A DNA stretch of 64,000 nucleotides from Octopus vulgaris (GCA_951406725.2 OX597830.1:76818001-76882000), one strand, 5' to 3'; shown: positions 26,188 through 40,600, counted from the stretch's first letter. The notes: generated by a model from the letters alone, not told the origin. A program made the numbers and translations.

Positions 26188-26693
26188 GCTAGCTAGCAGT
26201 GGTGGGGTACAAACATTGACACAAACACTCACACACACACGCACACACACACATATATATATAATTATATATAATTAATTATATAAATATATATACATAC
26301 ATACACACACATACACACACACACACACATATATATATATACATACAGATAGATACATACATACATAGACAGACAGACAGACAGATAGATATACAAATAT
26401 ACATATATAGATATACACACACATGTATATGTGCACGCGTGTATGGATGGGTGAATTGATCGATATACACACAAATATGTATGTATGCACACATGTGCAA
26501 CTGTTTCTTTTTTCTTTGTGTGAAAGGGTCTGCATGCCTCAGTGCATCGCCAATTCATTCACACGCATGCTGCATTAAACACGCATTGCTTATTTCTGTA
26601 TTTTGTGGGTTTTTAAAAATATTTTTGGTACTTTTTGGCAGGGTTTATATTTTAATTAAGACGCTTTTCCCCACACTCTGCGTGTGAATGAGT

Positions 26694-26753
<60 letters not shown>

Positions 26754-26929
26754 TTAATAAATTACATTAGGATGACCATGGGTGTCTTCTCTATAGGAAG
26801 CAGTATGAAAGACACATTCTGAAATATATGGCAGTATTCGGCATATTATACACATCACACACACACATACGCATGCACGCACGCACACACATACATACAC
26901 ACACACATTCATAGATATATATGCGTGTA

Positions 26930-27073
26930 TGACGATAATCTGGTGCTTGACTGAGGACAGAGGGCTTCCAATGACCCGTCCTTGTGTTTCTTTGTATCGT
27001 CTATCTGGATGTTTTGTTGTCCCTTTTTGTATCACCTAGCTGTCCGGATGTTTTGCGTTCTTGTCCCATTTTG

Positions 27074-27078
<5 letters not shown>
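26930..27078 (+). mobile_element. P4 element copy 2
   Basis: Homologous to 19170-19335; ends at (TA)n. Confidence 0.65.
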
Positions 27079-27113
<35 letters not shown>

Positions 27114-27407
27114 TTTAAAACAATTTTGGGGGATTTTTTTTGTTCTTTTGATTCGAGGTTCTATTAATTTCATGCGTCTGAAAATAGGATGAACCACGTA
27201 TTTCCAGGTAATAATCATTAGTTTGATCATTGCTTGAAAATATGCGGTATACCATACAAACTTGTCCGTCCATCGTATTTTTCGGGGCCATGGAACTAAT
27301 AGTAACTTGAATTTAAACCCTCTGTGTATGAAATGTTATTTATCTTCCACTGGGCGGAATTCTTTATTTCTTTGATCTCACAATATACAGACCCACACAT
27401 ATATATA

Positions 27408-27446
<39 letters not shown>

Positions 27447-27857
27447 GCACATACCACACGTTGGTCTATATTGAGAAAATGAGAATATGAGTGCTGAATC
27501 TATATTGTAGAGGATATTATTATTGTTATCGAATCTGAAACTTGAGTCGCGAGACAATCCCTCAATCTTTATTTCAATACATAGAACCATGAGAGTGGTC
27601 TCCAAAATTTTGTGTTTCTCTTACCTATTCCATACAAGCTGATTGTAACACAGATCGGAGCGTTGCGTACATTAACAAAAATACAGAATAGAACTTATTT
27701 TATCGGGCTCTTTTGCCCAACCGGTAAGTTACGGTGACGTAAAGACACCAGTATCGGTTGTCAAGCGATGATGGAGGACAAACACAGATACACACACTCA
27801 TATACATACATACATACATGCATACATACATACATACATACATACATACATAAATAC

Positions 27858-27909
<52 letters not shown>

Positions 27910-28082
27910 GGATTCTATTGAGACCAGTAAGAAACAATTATGAACTTTTCTATTGCACTTTTTATAATATTTTTGATAAGGTTCGTTTTTTCAAGAACCG
28001 AAACATGTAAAATTCATAAGAAAATTAAAATGTAACTAATATAGTGGCGTTTTCAAACTTCTTTTTTACAAACATATATATA

Positions 28083-28295
28083 GAGGCGCAATGGCCTAGT
28101 GGTTAGGGCAGCGGACTCGCGGTCGCAGGATCGCGGTTTCGATTCTCAGACCGGGCGTTGTGTGTGTTTATTGAGCGCAAACACATAAAAAGCTCTACGA
28201 GGCTCCGGCAGGGGGTGGTGATCCCTGCTGTACTCTTTCACCACAATGGCGGTGCCCCAGCATGGCCACAGCTCAAGAGCTGAAACTGGAAAAAC
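28083..28295 (+). mobile_element. SINE family C with a family-A-like tail
   Basis: C head followed by GGCGGTGCCCCAGCATGGCCACAG...TGAAAC. Confidence 0.85.
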
Positions 28296-28308
28296 AAAAA
28301 AAAAACAA

Positions 28309-28396
<88 letters not shown>

Positions 28397-28429
28397 CAAA
28401 TTATTCGATCAGTTATTTTGAGTAGTCAA

Positions 28430-28595
28430 TAAGTCGATTATATCGACACCAGTGTTCAACCGGTACTTTTATCGACGCGCAGAAGGTTGAAAGCAAAATC
28501 GACCTAGGCGGTATTTGAGCCCAGATCGCAAAGGTGGACGAAATACTGCTAAGTATTTTTCCCCCGGCGTGCTAATGATTCTGCCAGCTCACCCT
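28430..28595 (-). mobile_element. SINE family B, degenerate
   Basis: AAGTCGATTATATCGAC...GGCGTGCTAATGATTCTGCCAGCTCACC. Confidence 0.75.
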
Positions 28596-29041
28596 TTTTA
28601 CGATTAGCCAGTAAATAAATGCACCACGCATGAATGTTTAATCTGTTATTGTTGTATTATTTATTGGGTTTCTGAAGGCAACAAATATATTTTATTCAGT
28701 ATACGGTATTTAATTAGGAATTCCTTTCAAAACAGTTTGAGATGGAAAATAATGAATATATTCATACATACGAATGTTTCTTTATGCATAATTATATTAC
28801 ACACACACACACACACAAACACACACACGCACATATATATATATTTTTTTTTATACCTATTCTTTTTTTTTCTTTTTTTTTTATATAAATAGATACAAAA
28901 TATATACAAAATATTATGAAGACATATATAAATATGTGTGCATGTGTGTTATATGTAAATATGTGTATATTTTTATATAAATTTACATATTGCGTTGCTT
29001 TTAGTCTTACTGTAGGTTCTTGTTTCTCTTCATAACTATTC

Positions 29042-29335
29042 ATAATTTATTCATTTCATATATTTATTTATTATCTGTTGTATATACACATCAAATATGA
29101 TATTACGTGCATAATTTTCACGAGATATATACTGGCGAATGTTTACAAAATAATTTAATTATCAATAACTTCGGAGTTAACAGACCTGTTATATCTTGGG
29201 TGTCTTGGTAGATAAAATTATAATACACATGTGTAAGAATCCGTGTGTACGTTAATGTGTATATGTGTGTATATATCTATAATTTATTCATTTTATATAT
29301 TTATTTATTATCTATGGTATATACACATCAAATAT
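29042..29335. repeat. ~57-bp direct repeats (29042-29098 and 29279-29335) flanking ~180 bp
   Basis: ATAATTTATTCATTT.ATATATTTATTTATTATCT.T.GTATATACACATCAAATAT occurs twice. Confidence 0.8.
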
Positions 29336-29889
29336 TTATTTATTTACTTTATATTAAAATTTTTTTTAATGTATTGATTAAGTCTTTCCTTGTTTGATTT
29401 GCAAAATAGTGGTTTTGTCTCTAATTAATATTATATAATATTTTACTATAAAATTGGATTCAATCCTAAATCTGATTTTTCCCTGTAAATTTGGATTTAT
29501 TCCCTAATATTTATTATTATATATATATATATATATATTGTAGATGTATGGGTGGTGTCACAGCATGGCCGCAGTCTGATGACTAGAACAAGAGAAAATA
29601 TAAAAATAAATATATACATACATAAACATGATTTAATATGTGTATGTGCATGCCTTTGTGTTTTTGTGAGTGTGTGTGTGTGTGTCAGACACTGTGTGCG
29701 CGCGCGAGCGTGAGTGAGTGTATGTGTCTTATATCTCTGTATATATTCATGTGTCTTTTCTTGTGTATAAAAGTTAATTTCTTCTATACATATATTATTT
29801 TCAAGCCCACCTAAGTGTCGTAATTGCATATATATAGATTCAAGGGTGTAGATATGTAATATTAAATCCTTTAAACTGCATTACTGACA

Positions 29890-29951
<62 letters not shown>

Positions 29952-30055
29952 TATATGTATATATATATATCACTATCTGCTAAAAGAACTAAAACGGAGA
30001 TTCTATGCCATCTATTTGATGTGCCAATAAAAATATCGCTATCATCAAAGATATG

Positions 30056-30146
<91 letters not shown>

Positions 30147-30156
30147 TATGTGTGTG

Positions 30157-30203
<47 letters not shown>

Positions 30204-30745
30204 ATATACGTATATATATATATATATATATATACATCTATGTGTGTGTATGTATATACAAAAAGGGAGAAAGACACTCACACACAGGTACATATATGTG
30301 TTTGAATGCGAGCACACCCACAAACGAGCACACAAACACACGCAGACAGACACACACACATATATAATTTTATATATATTTATATGCGTATATTAATATA
30401 CATTACATATACATATAAGAATGTATATATGCAAATATATATGTGTGTGTGTGTATACAGGCACAAAAATATATAAACACATGCATATGTACATACATAT
30501 ATATATATCAATCAACTTTACATGATGCTCCTTTATGACCGTGATCCCCATATCAAAAACCAAAATCCAATTCATGTATCGAGTAATATTCGTACACATA
30601 TCTAATAAAAACAGTAAAAATACATATTTTTTTTCATGGCTTCTTTAATCTTAACGTATGGATCTATATAACCAAAAGAAAGAGGAACTGCCTACATCAA
30701 ATACCATACTTATACGTTCGTATTTGTATATCATATATATATATA

Positions 30746-30973
30746 AGGTGGCGAGCTGGCAGAAACGTTAGCACGACGGGCGAAATGCTTAGCGGTATTT
30801 CGTCTGTCGTTACGTTCTGAGTTCAAATTCCGCCGAGGTCAACTTTGCCTTTCATCCTTTCGGGGTCGATAAATAAAGTACCAGTTTCGCACCGGGGGGC
30901 GATATAATCGACTCAATCCCTTCGTCTGTCCTTGTTTGTCACCTCTATGTTTAGCCCCTTGTGGGCAGTGAAG

Positions 30974-30978
<5 letters not shown>
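30746..30978 (+). mobile_element. SINE family B (Meta-domain-like), full length, tail type 1
   Basis: GGTGGCGAGCTGGCAGAAACGTTAGC (A-box-like), GAGTTCAAATTCC (B-box-like), CTTTGCCTTTCATCCTTTCGGGGTCGATAAATAAAGTACCAG (resembles the Meta domain), tail TTAGCCCCTTGTGGGCAGTGAAGAAA. Confidence 0.9.
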
Positions 30979-31070
<92 letters not shown>

Positions 31071-31260
31071 TATGTGTGTGTCTGTGTATGACCCTCTGGC
31101 CGTAACTGATGAGGAGTTGGGAATCTCCTCTGTGTCCGTTTTCCGTTCGTCCGTCTATTTAAATGTTTTTTCCAATTTGCCATCTTATGTATACTATCCG
31201 TTTTTAAATTTATATATGTGTATGTATGTGCGTTCGTGCGTGTGTATGTATGTATGTATG

Positions 31261-31302
<42 letters not shown>

Positions 31303-31407
31303 ATATATATGTATACATAAATACACACACACATACATATATATATATATTTATATACATATATATATATCTATATATATATATACTTACACACGTAGAT
31401 AATACAT

Positions 31408-31478
<71 letters not shown>

Positions 31479-31644
31479 TGTATGTATGTATACATGCATA
31501 TATGCTACCCCCATGACTTAAATTTCGGCAAAAGACCTCATTATGAAATATACCAGCCTTTATAAGAAAGTGTCTATTCATTCGGCTAAAATTCTTGAAG
31601 AACATCTACATAATCACAGATACAGAAAGGAAGAGGCAAAAAAA

Positions 31645-31732
<88 letters not shown>

Positions 31733-31906
31733 GATGATAAATAGACAGATGTGTTTATTATGCAGAAATTTGGCAGTCATCTCCGAATATCGCAGCAAGA
31801 TAGAGTTCTGTATCAGATAATATTTGCTGCACGTGAAAGATATTTCAGTATACTTTAAAACGCATGCACACATATACACACACACTAACACTCACATATG
31901 TATGTA

Positions 31907-31950
31907 CATGTGTGACTGTAAATTTATACATACACATAATGCATATATAT

Positions 31951-32028
<78 letters not shown>

Positions 32029-32100
32029 ATATTAAGTGTATGTATAAATTTACAGTCACACATGAACATACGTATATATATATATATATATTTATGTATC

Positions 32101-32146
<46 letters not shown>

Positions 32147-32157
32147 GATACATAAAT
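31907..32157. repeat. Two inverted duplications each centred on (TA)n
   Basis: 31907-31935 is the reverse complement of 32036-32064; 32090-32106 is the reverse complement of 32141-32157. Confidence 0.85.
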
Positions 32158-32317
32158 ATATATATATATATATATATATGCACTCACACTCGCGCACTCA
32201 CTCACACACACATGTAGCATCAAAATTTTCTCGATGTGCGTGACCTCAGAATGTAAACAAAGTTTTTGTCTTATAAATTTTAATTTATTTCACTGTTGTC
32301 ATATACGCAGTTGTCAT

Positions 32318-32348
<31 letters not shown>

Positions 32349-32892
32349 TACACACACGCGCGAACACTGACACACAGAGAGAAAGCGGTTCGCTTAATGA
32401 GATGGGGCAGTGGCCATTCACGTCGAAGGCTTTCCTTCCGACTGCCTGCCATTGAAAATTAATATCATTTGCGTTCTGCTTAAACTGCTGCGCTAGTCGA
32501 CGTCTTCACGAAACAGACATGTGCAGTGCGGCTGCGTGGTTGAATCCAGGACGGAAGCGACCGTTCGAAAGGGGATCGACTGGGCGTAGTGTTTCGTGCG
32601 AGCACTGGGGAAAATAAACACCATATATGTGATGAGAAGAGGCTGGTGAGTCGCATACGCCTGAGTGGATGCTGGATGGTCTACAAGCCTAGCCGTGAAG
32701 CTCCTGGGGTCAAGGTTCGTTGTAGCGACGGAAGGGAAAACTGGGAAAGGAGAGTGTCACTACGTCTATGAGAGCTTGGGATTGGAGGGTGATTGTGACC
32801 GATTTTACGTCAAGCAGCTTAGTGGCCTCCTCTGCCCTGGTTGGCCTAGCGTAGCTCTATTGTGTTGTTTATTTTATCTGTCTATCAATCTG

Positions 32893-32956
<64 letters not shown>

Positions 32957-32964
32957 CATTGATT

Positions 32965-33165
32965 TTAAATTTTGGCACAAAGCCAGCAATTTCTGGGTAA
33001 GAGATAATTCGATTACATCGACGCCAGTGTTAAAGTGGTACTTATTTTATCGACCCCGAAAGAATGAAAGGCAAAGTCTACCCCGGTAGTATTCGAACTC
33101 AGAACGTAAAGTCGAAAGAAATGCCGCTAAGCATTTTTCCCGGCACGGTAACGATTCTGCCAGAT
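32965..33165 (-). mobile_element. SINE family B, tail-type-2 variant
   Basis: TTTTGGCACAAAGCCAGCAATTT...TCGACCCCGAAAGAATGAAAGGCAAAGTC. Confidence 0.8.
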
Positions 33166-33689
33166 CACGACCTTCCGTCTATCTATTTATCTAAATTAAG
33201 GTTTTTTTTTTTAATGTTTAGCTATAATAAAACAGCATTATTAAATTGAAACAGTAATCGCTCGACAATGTAAAGTATAGAAGCCATCTTAACATGGCTA
33301 ACCACATAGGGGAGGGGGTGTTACTGTAGCTTTATAGCCCCAACCACATATAATAAAACAATTTTACTTTAATCTGACTGGTTAATCTGTTCTTTTGTCA
33401 AAACAGATTTATTATTCTTATAAAAGAATAATAAATATTAAAAGAATATTATTCTTATAAAAGAATGTCGTATGCATGTATGTATATGTATATACATATA
33501 ATATATATATATATATTGTTTATGAATATATAACTTATATTTATATATATAATACACATCACATAAATATGTTGATACAATATACATATTGAGAGACTAT
33601 GCACACATACACATATGTGTGTGTGTGTATACTAACTTGGAAATGGATGCGTGAATATATATATAAATTGTTTTTACTTTATTCAGCAC

Positions 33690-33751
<62 letters not shown>

Positions 33752-33901
33752 TATAAATTCAACAACAATTGAGGAACGGCCTCAATAGGCCATTCGACCC
33801 ACTAGAAAGAGCAGCCAGGACTCAAACCGCCAAGTAGTAGTAATTCAGAAATTAAAGGAAAATTAAAAAACATTTACCCTAATATATACATACATACATA
33901 A

Positions 33902-33949
<48 letters not shown>

Positions 33950-34359
33950 ACAGAGTATGACCCAAAAGAAAGTTTACAGTTATTCAACTGTATCTTTCGA
34001 TTTCATATATGTAACAGTTTTGATTTTAATTATGAAAATATATGAAACCATTATTCAGTTTAATTAATTGTTACATAGAAATTTAAATGTAATAAAATAT
34101 TTTAAAAGAAATTTAAAGTGCCTTCGTGATAACAGTAAACCTACTTTTGGTCGTCCACCCTGTATATACACATGCATACATACATGTGTGTCTGTGTGTG
34201 TGTATAAATATATGTGTAAGTGACTGCGTGTGTTTGTGTGTGTGTGTGTGTGTGCGTGCATATGTATATATTTATATGTATTCTTTTATTCTATTACTCT
34301 TTCACTTGTTTCATTCATTTGACTGCAGCCATATATATATATATGTAATTTATTTATGG

Positions 34360-34660
34360 GCCCTTTTCAAGCCTAGCTAGGCTCATGGGCCCGGTTTCCC
34401 GGTTTCTGTGGCGTATGTGTTCCCCCCAGCTGGACGGGACGTCAGTCCATTGCAGCGTTACCCAAGAAACAGGAAGAAAGAGTGAGAGAAAGTTGGGGCG
34501 AAAGAGTACAACTGGGGTCGCCACCAAACCTGCCGGAGCCTTGTGGAGCTTTTAGGTGTTTTCGTTCAATAAACACACACAAAGCCTAGTCTGGGAATCG
34601 AAACCGCTATCCTCCTACCGCGAGTCCGCTGCCCTAACCACTGGGCCATTGCGCCTCCAC
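34360..34660 (-). mobile_element. SINE family C, full length, long tail type
   Basis: C head plus tail GTAACGCTGCAATGGACTGACGTCCCGTCCAGC...CAGAAACCGGGAAACCGGGCCCATGAGCC. Confidence 0.85.
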
Positions 34661-35446
34661 ACACACACAGACGCGCACACACACACACACACACACACGC
34701 ATATATATATATATATATATACACACGCATATATATACACATACATACATACATACATACATACATACATTCATACATACATACATACATACATACATAC
34801 ATACATACATACATACATACATACATGCATATATATACGCGCGTACATGCATAGACGATGGGCTTCCACACAGTATACCAAATTCACTCACAAGGTTTTA
34901 ACCAGCTTGGATGGTTTTCATCAGTAGGAGACAGGCAGCGAGATTAAAGCCGAAATTAGCTTGATTGAAAAGCGAACCTCTTGCTCACACTATTGAACAA
35001 TAGCGGGCCTACAGAAGATCATGCTGCTTTATAGAACAATCGCGGCCCTATTAAAGGTATGCTGCACTATTCAAGAATAGCTACTCTAGTTAAGGTGCCA
35101 CGAGAAGGAATAAAACCCAGAATCACAAGATTATATTGGGTACTGCTTATCAATCACCTTTGGCATACACGCACCTTATATGGTCCGTCTCTGTTAAAGT
35201 TCTTTGCACTCGAATTTCAGCTTGATTTTAAATTGTTTAGCTATCTTGTCGTTGGTCTTCGAAACATTTTTTTTTTTTGAAAGCCATCTATCGAAGTAAC
35301 GTATGAGATCAATAAAATGCGTACGAAATCATCTGATTTCTTTCGATCTGAACAATATTCTGCACAACCCATATAAATCTGTGGCCTAGTTCTATTATGG
35401 AAAACAAATCAATATTATGAAAACGTTTTACACCTTTGTTAAAAAA

Positions 35447-35492
<46 letters not shown>

Positions 35493-35798
35493 TAAATCAA
35501 AGCAAAACAATAAACCAAGACAACCACCTCCGACCTCCCTCATATACACATGATATAATCGATATCGGTTTATTATTAGATCGTGACATTAATCTTGTTA
35601 GAAATCAATAGAAATTACACGTGTAATTATCGATTATATTAGAAAAATCAATGTAAATAAAGATAACGGTATGTGTGTATTTATGTATGTTATGGATATC
35701 TATCAATCTATACATCATTTCCTTTTACACACACACACGCAAGCGCACGCGCACACACACATATATATATTTATATACATGCAGATGGTACTAGACAG

Positions 35799-35828
<30 letters not shown>

Positions 35829-35832
<4 letters not shown>

Positions 35833-36005
35833 AGAGTTTACGAATAAAAACAATAGACGAAGACAGGTAGTATAACGCTCAGGAATAGAAAAAGTCTTTT
35901 ATGTTTCGAGCCTACACTCTTCTACAGAAAGGTACACAGAAAAAAACAAGGAAAGAAACAAGGAGCGAAAAAATGTGTGTAGTGGCGAGCGATCTATCAT
36001 GGCGA
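35829..36005 (-). mobile_element. P2 element copy 3 (hammerhead-like motif at 35895-35932)
   Basis: Minus strand CCTTT-CTGTAGA-A-GAGT gtag GCTC-GAA-ACAT-A-AAAGA; TA repeats on both sides. Confidence 0.7.
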
Positions 36006-36717
36006 TATATATATAACTGTTCTCATTCGCTTGCATTTTTCTTGCAATATGACAATTTTGTAATGCGCTTCTTTGAAAGGGCAACAATGAATGTCACCTA
36101 ATTAACGACATTATCCAAATCATATCCTTCTAAGGCACAAAAACACATACTGAAGAATCTGCAATGTAACCCACGAAAATATAATATACATTAAATTGCT
36201 TTTCTATGCATTGGAAATGCTTGATGCTTGAGTATTAAAAAAAGTGTTGATGCTTCGGAACAGATATGGCTATGGTTAGATATCCCAATGCATCGTATGC
36301 AGATAATTTTTATAATCTTAGATTTTATTTTTTTAAAATTTAACTTAATTTTAGTTTGGTTTAGTTTAGTTTGGTATTTCTATTGACCCCGAAAGGAGTA
36401 GAGATAAACTTGACCTCGGTCATGTTCGAGCATCGAACACAGACACCCGGAACAAATGTCGCTAAGTTCTCAGAACGGTTTAACAATACTCTCAGTTCGT
36501 ATACTGAATGGCATATGCTTGCTTTAAGTAGGTTTAATGAATGTATCATGATTTAATGGAGCCGAAAATAATTGGTGTACCAGACAACCTTGAATGCAAG
36601 CAGAAGAAATATGAAAATGATACTTAGGGACCATAAACAAGGAAATATGTATATGACTGAATATCAGCTAAATCTTCCTCATATCACGACCTTCCGTTTA
36701 AAAAATAAAACACACAC

Positions 36718-36756
<39 letters not shown>

Positions 36757-36866
36757 ACGTATATACACGTATATATACACTCATTCATATTCATACATAT
36801 ATATACCTATACACATATATGCATACAAACATGCATTCATACGGATACATATACACATGCACTCCC

Positions 36867-36897
<31 letters not shown>

Positions 36898-36923
36898 TGT
36901 ATGTATGTATGTATGTATGTATG

Positions 36924-36954
<31 letters not shown>

Positions 36955-36955
<1 letters not shown>

Positions 36956-37140
36956 ATTGTGGTTTCGAATCTGGACGAGGCGATATGTTGTGTTCTTGAG
37001 CAAAACACTTTATTCCTCGTTGGTTGCTCCAGTTCATTCAGCTGATCAAATTGAGCATTCCTGCGATGCACCAGCGCCCCGACCAAACAGTAAATATATA
37101 TGCCACAAAATCAGGGAAACCAGTCTATGAGTCTATGTGA
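36955..37140 (+). mobile_element. Old SINE remnant, possibly CORE-type, sharing its tail with the 34360 copy
   Basis: GGTTTCGAATC...GTTGTGTTCTTGAGCAAAACACTTTA...CCTGCGATG...GGGAAACC. Confidence 0.45.
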
Positions 37141-37289
37141 TTCGGGAAGGTGCATTATCATTATATGTATATGTGTGTGTGTGAGTGTGTGTCTGTCTGC
37201 TTCTCTATCCGTCTGTCTGTCTATCTAGCCAGCTAGTTAGCTATCTATTCAGTTATCTGTCTATCTGTATGTATCTACATCGATCTGGA

Positions 37290-38890
37290 CTCGTTGGTCA
37301 TTTCGGCTTCACCTCATCAATGGCCGATAATACATCCTCTCACTTTAAAACGATGTAATAGATGGTTGTTTCTTTCTTGTGTCGAATTGCGGTGCTCAAA
37401 TACCCATCAGTCTTGCTTATTTACATATCTCCCCACTGTGGAAGTGAAAGCACTTTGGAATTGTTTATTTAGTATTTCTCTTTTCCGCGCAATGTCTGTA
37501 CTTTGTGAGCCATTTTCTTCAAACTGCGGCCCTATCTTGTAGCACATGGAAGCAGGTTCTCTTGAAAATTTTTAGAAGGATACGAGATACATTTTTAGTT
37601 TTCTCAACCGCTCTGTTTTCTCTTCCCTTTCTTTTTCATGGGAAGCTCCGTGTTTATCATCGATCTTCAAAAGTGCCTCTTTGAGGTAGGATTTGTCATT
37701 GTCATTAAGCGACTCGAAATATTTATTCTCCAAAACATAGAACTCTCCTACCTCGGGGAATAACATTTTGTTTATTGGCTCTTCCCTCAGGGACAAATGT
37801 AAGGCATATAGTTCGAGATAAATTCTTTGAATTTCATGTCAATATCTGCGTAGAGATACTTTAGAACAACTGTGCTTCAGGATCTGTTTTACTTAAATTT
37901 ATTTACAATCAGCCTTGTACACGTTGAAAATTGGATAGAGTTGGATACTCTGTGTATTGAATACATCTGCAATTACTTTTGGATTATATATTGTTAGTTC
38001 TATTATGTTATGGTGTAAGAAAATTGTCGGTGATATTTCACATTGCGGATAAGTTCTATAATTATTGAAGAAACCGTAGTTGTTATTGTTCGTGGTTGAG
38101 AAAACTATGGTTTCCTCCATGACCATTATATTTGCGAGCTCAGCGAGATTCTGCATGATTCCGCTATTTGCGTGTAGTTCCTGAGATAATGTCACCTTCG
38201 GGCCTTCTAATTTTCGGAAAATTGAAGTCACCCATCAGGAGTATATTACGTCATTGATCTTGATCTAGTTTTGTTAGTACGTCTTTTATCATTTCAAGAC
38301 TTCCCACAAATTTACCATCGTGATTTGAAGCATCAGGTGAACGATATTACCACATCATAAGGTGGCAAGCTGGCGGAAACGTTAGCACGCCGGGCGAAAT
38401 GCTTAGCGATATTTCATCTGCCGCTACGTTCTGAGTTCAAATTCCGCCGAGGTCGACTTTTCCATTCATCCTTTTGGGATCGATTAAATAAGTACTAGTT
38501 ACGCACTGGGGTCGATATAATCAACTTATTCTGTTTGTCTGTCCTTGTTTGTCCTCTCTGTGTTTAGCCCCTTGTGGGTAGTAAAGAAATAGGTATTACC
38601 ACATCAAGTTGCTTTAAATGCTATACGAGTGTATCACAGACCGAGTTTGAATGTGTGATATCTTCTACTAGGACATATTTCTCTTCTGCTTCTGTGGAAT
38701 ACTTGGTGCATTGGCATGTGCATCTCTGCATCACTTATGTCTGCAGACAGATGAGTTACAATAAATGATATGCATATTGTTTGATTGCAAGCAAGATACC
38801 TCAGCTACGCAATTTTGCTTTTCCTGTTGAGTTGTAAGAGGCCTCTGATATTTAACAGTAAAATTGGTTTGATGTATGAATTGGCAGTAA
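37290..38890 (-). pseudogene. Decayed CR1-like LINE ORF2 N-terminal half (APE endonuclease plus tether)
   Basis: Manual minus-strand translation across stops and frameshifts: ILLLNIRGL...KSKI...VTHLSADISDAEMHM, YRSPD, ILLMGDFNFP, HHNIIEL, FNVYKAD, KIGPQFEENG...D...KREILNKQFQSAFTS. These are canonical APE/CR1 motifs in the right order. Confidence 0.85.
38358..38593 (+). mobile_element. SINE family B, full length, nested in the CR1 relic with a 13-bp TSD
   Basis: TATTACCACATCA at 38345-38357 and 38594-38606. Confidence 0.92.
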
Positions 38891-39339
38891 TGATGGCCAT
38901 TCAGGGACTCTTATTTGGGGGTTTATTTGTAAAGAAAACAGCTGTCACACTATCTTTCGTGACAAGCTAGAAAACAATTTCTCCTGTACAACTACAGCTC
39001 ACACTACATCTGCACACTGGTGTGGTGTGAGTTGCATCTATCTCGTGATTGTGCGCTGCCTCCTTGGTTGAATGGAGCATAGTAAATACCTTGAGTTCCT
39101 CTCTGCCTATGATTTGGATGCGCAAAGCAGCACCTTTTATTATTTCTTTTGTCTCTTCATATTAGCAGACAACTTCTACGTAGAATTTGCTGATAGCTAA
39201 CCGCATCATGAACGGTTTTCTAGTAACAAAGTCGGGACCCCAATAATTTAAACTTTTTATTTCATTAGAGATTTGGCATGTCCCCATTTTTGCACTGCTT
39301 CGATATATGTGGGTACGGGTGTGTGTTTGTTTGTTTGTT

Positions 39340-39384
<45 letters not shown>

Positions 39385-39819
39385 ACGTAAGTTTGCGCAT
39401 CTGTGTATTTGCATACATACATGTTAATGAAATCAAACGGTTGAGTACCCACTAAAGAAACACGAACACATACACAGATAGATAGACGTATGTGTGCTTT
39501 TCACAGGCTCTGTGTGTGTGTGTGCGTGTGTGTGTGTGTATGAATATATTTGACACAACATCGGTGATCTTAACCACTGTCGTGTGCAAAAAATGTAATA
39601 TTTCCACTCGATTGAATAACGATCGATAATGTAAGTAACTGAAAACAAAATGGTTTCAGAGCAACAGACGATTGGAAAAAACGATCGTCTAGGACAAGCT
39701 TAAGAGCAGATGATACGACACGCATGCCTACTTGTACACAGACACACAGCAAAAAGCATTAACGCACACACACTCACACACCTACAAGCACAAATAGAAG
39801 GATATATATATATATATAC

Positions 39820-39981
39820 AGGCACAGGTGCGGTTTTGTGGTAAGTGGCTTGCTTACCAGCCACATGGTTCCAGGTTCAGTCCTAATGTGTGGCACCCTC
39901 TGCAAGTGTCTTCCACTATCGCCTCGGGCCGACCAAACCCTTGTGAGTGGATTTGGTAGGCGGAAACTGAAAGAAGCCCGT

Positions 39982-40075
<94 letters not shown>

Positions 40076-40305
40076 TGTATGTATGTATGTGTGTGAATGT
40101 ATATTGTGTATCTGTGTTTGTCCCCCCGTCATAGTGCTGGTGTGTTTACGACCCCGTAGCTTAGCGGTTCGGCAAAGGGACCGATAGAATAAGTACTAGG
40201 CTTATAAAGAATAAGTTTTGGAGTCGATTTGCTCGACTAAAGGCAGTGCTCCAGCATGGCCGCAGTCAAATGACTAACACATTTAAAAGAATAAAAGGAT
40301 AAAAG
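39820..40305 (+). mobile_element. SINE family A, full length
   Basis: Head GGCACAGGTGCGG..., internal (TA)n(TATG)n, tail AAAAGAATAAAAG. Confidence 0.9.
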
Positions 40306-40309
40306 AATA

Positions 40310-40388
<79 letters not shown>

Positions 40389-40521
40389 GAGAAAGATTGA
40401 TTGAGAAAGAAATAGGCAGATACCGAGATTCTCAGAGAATATGCGTGCATGTGTATGAACCTTATTCATACATCCCTTTCTCTCTACATATCTGACTCCA
40501 TAAATTTAAATCTCTCCCCTC

Positions 40522-40600
<79 letters not shown>

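Noticed and set aside
37572-38231. Two stand-alone ORFs (74 aa and 110 aa) as host genes
   Set aside because: They are frameshifted pieces of the CR1-like ORF2.
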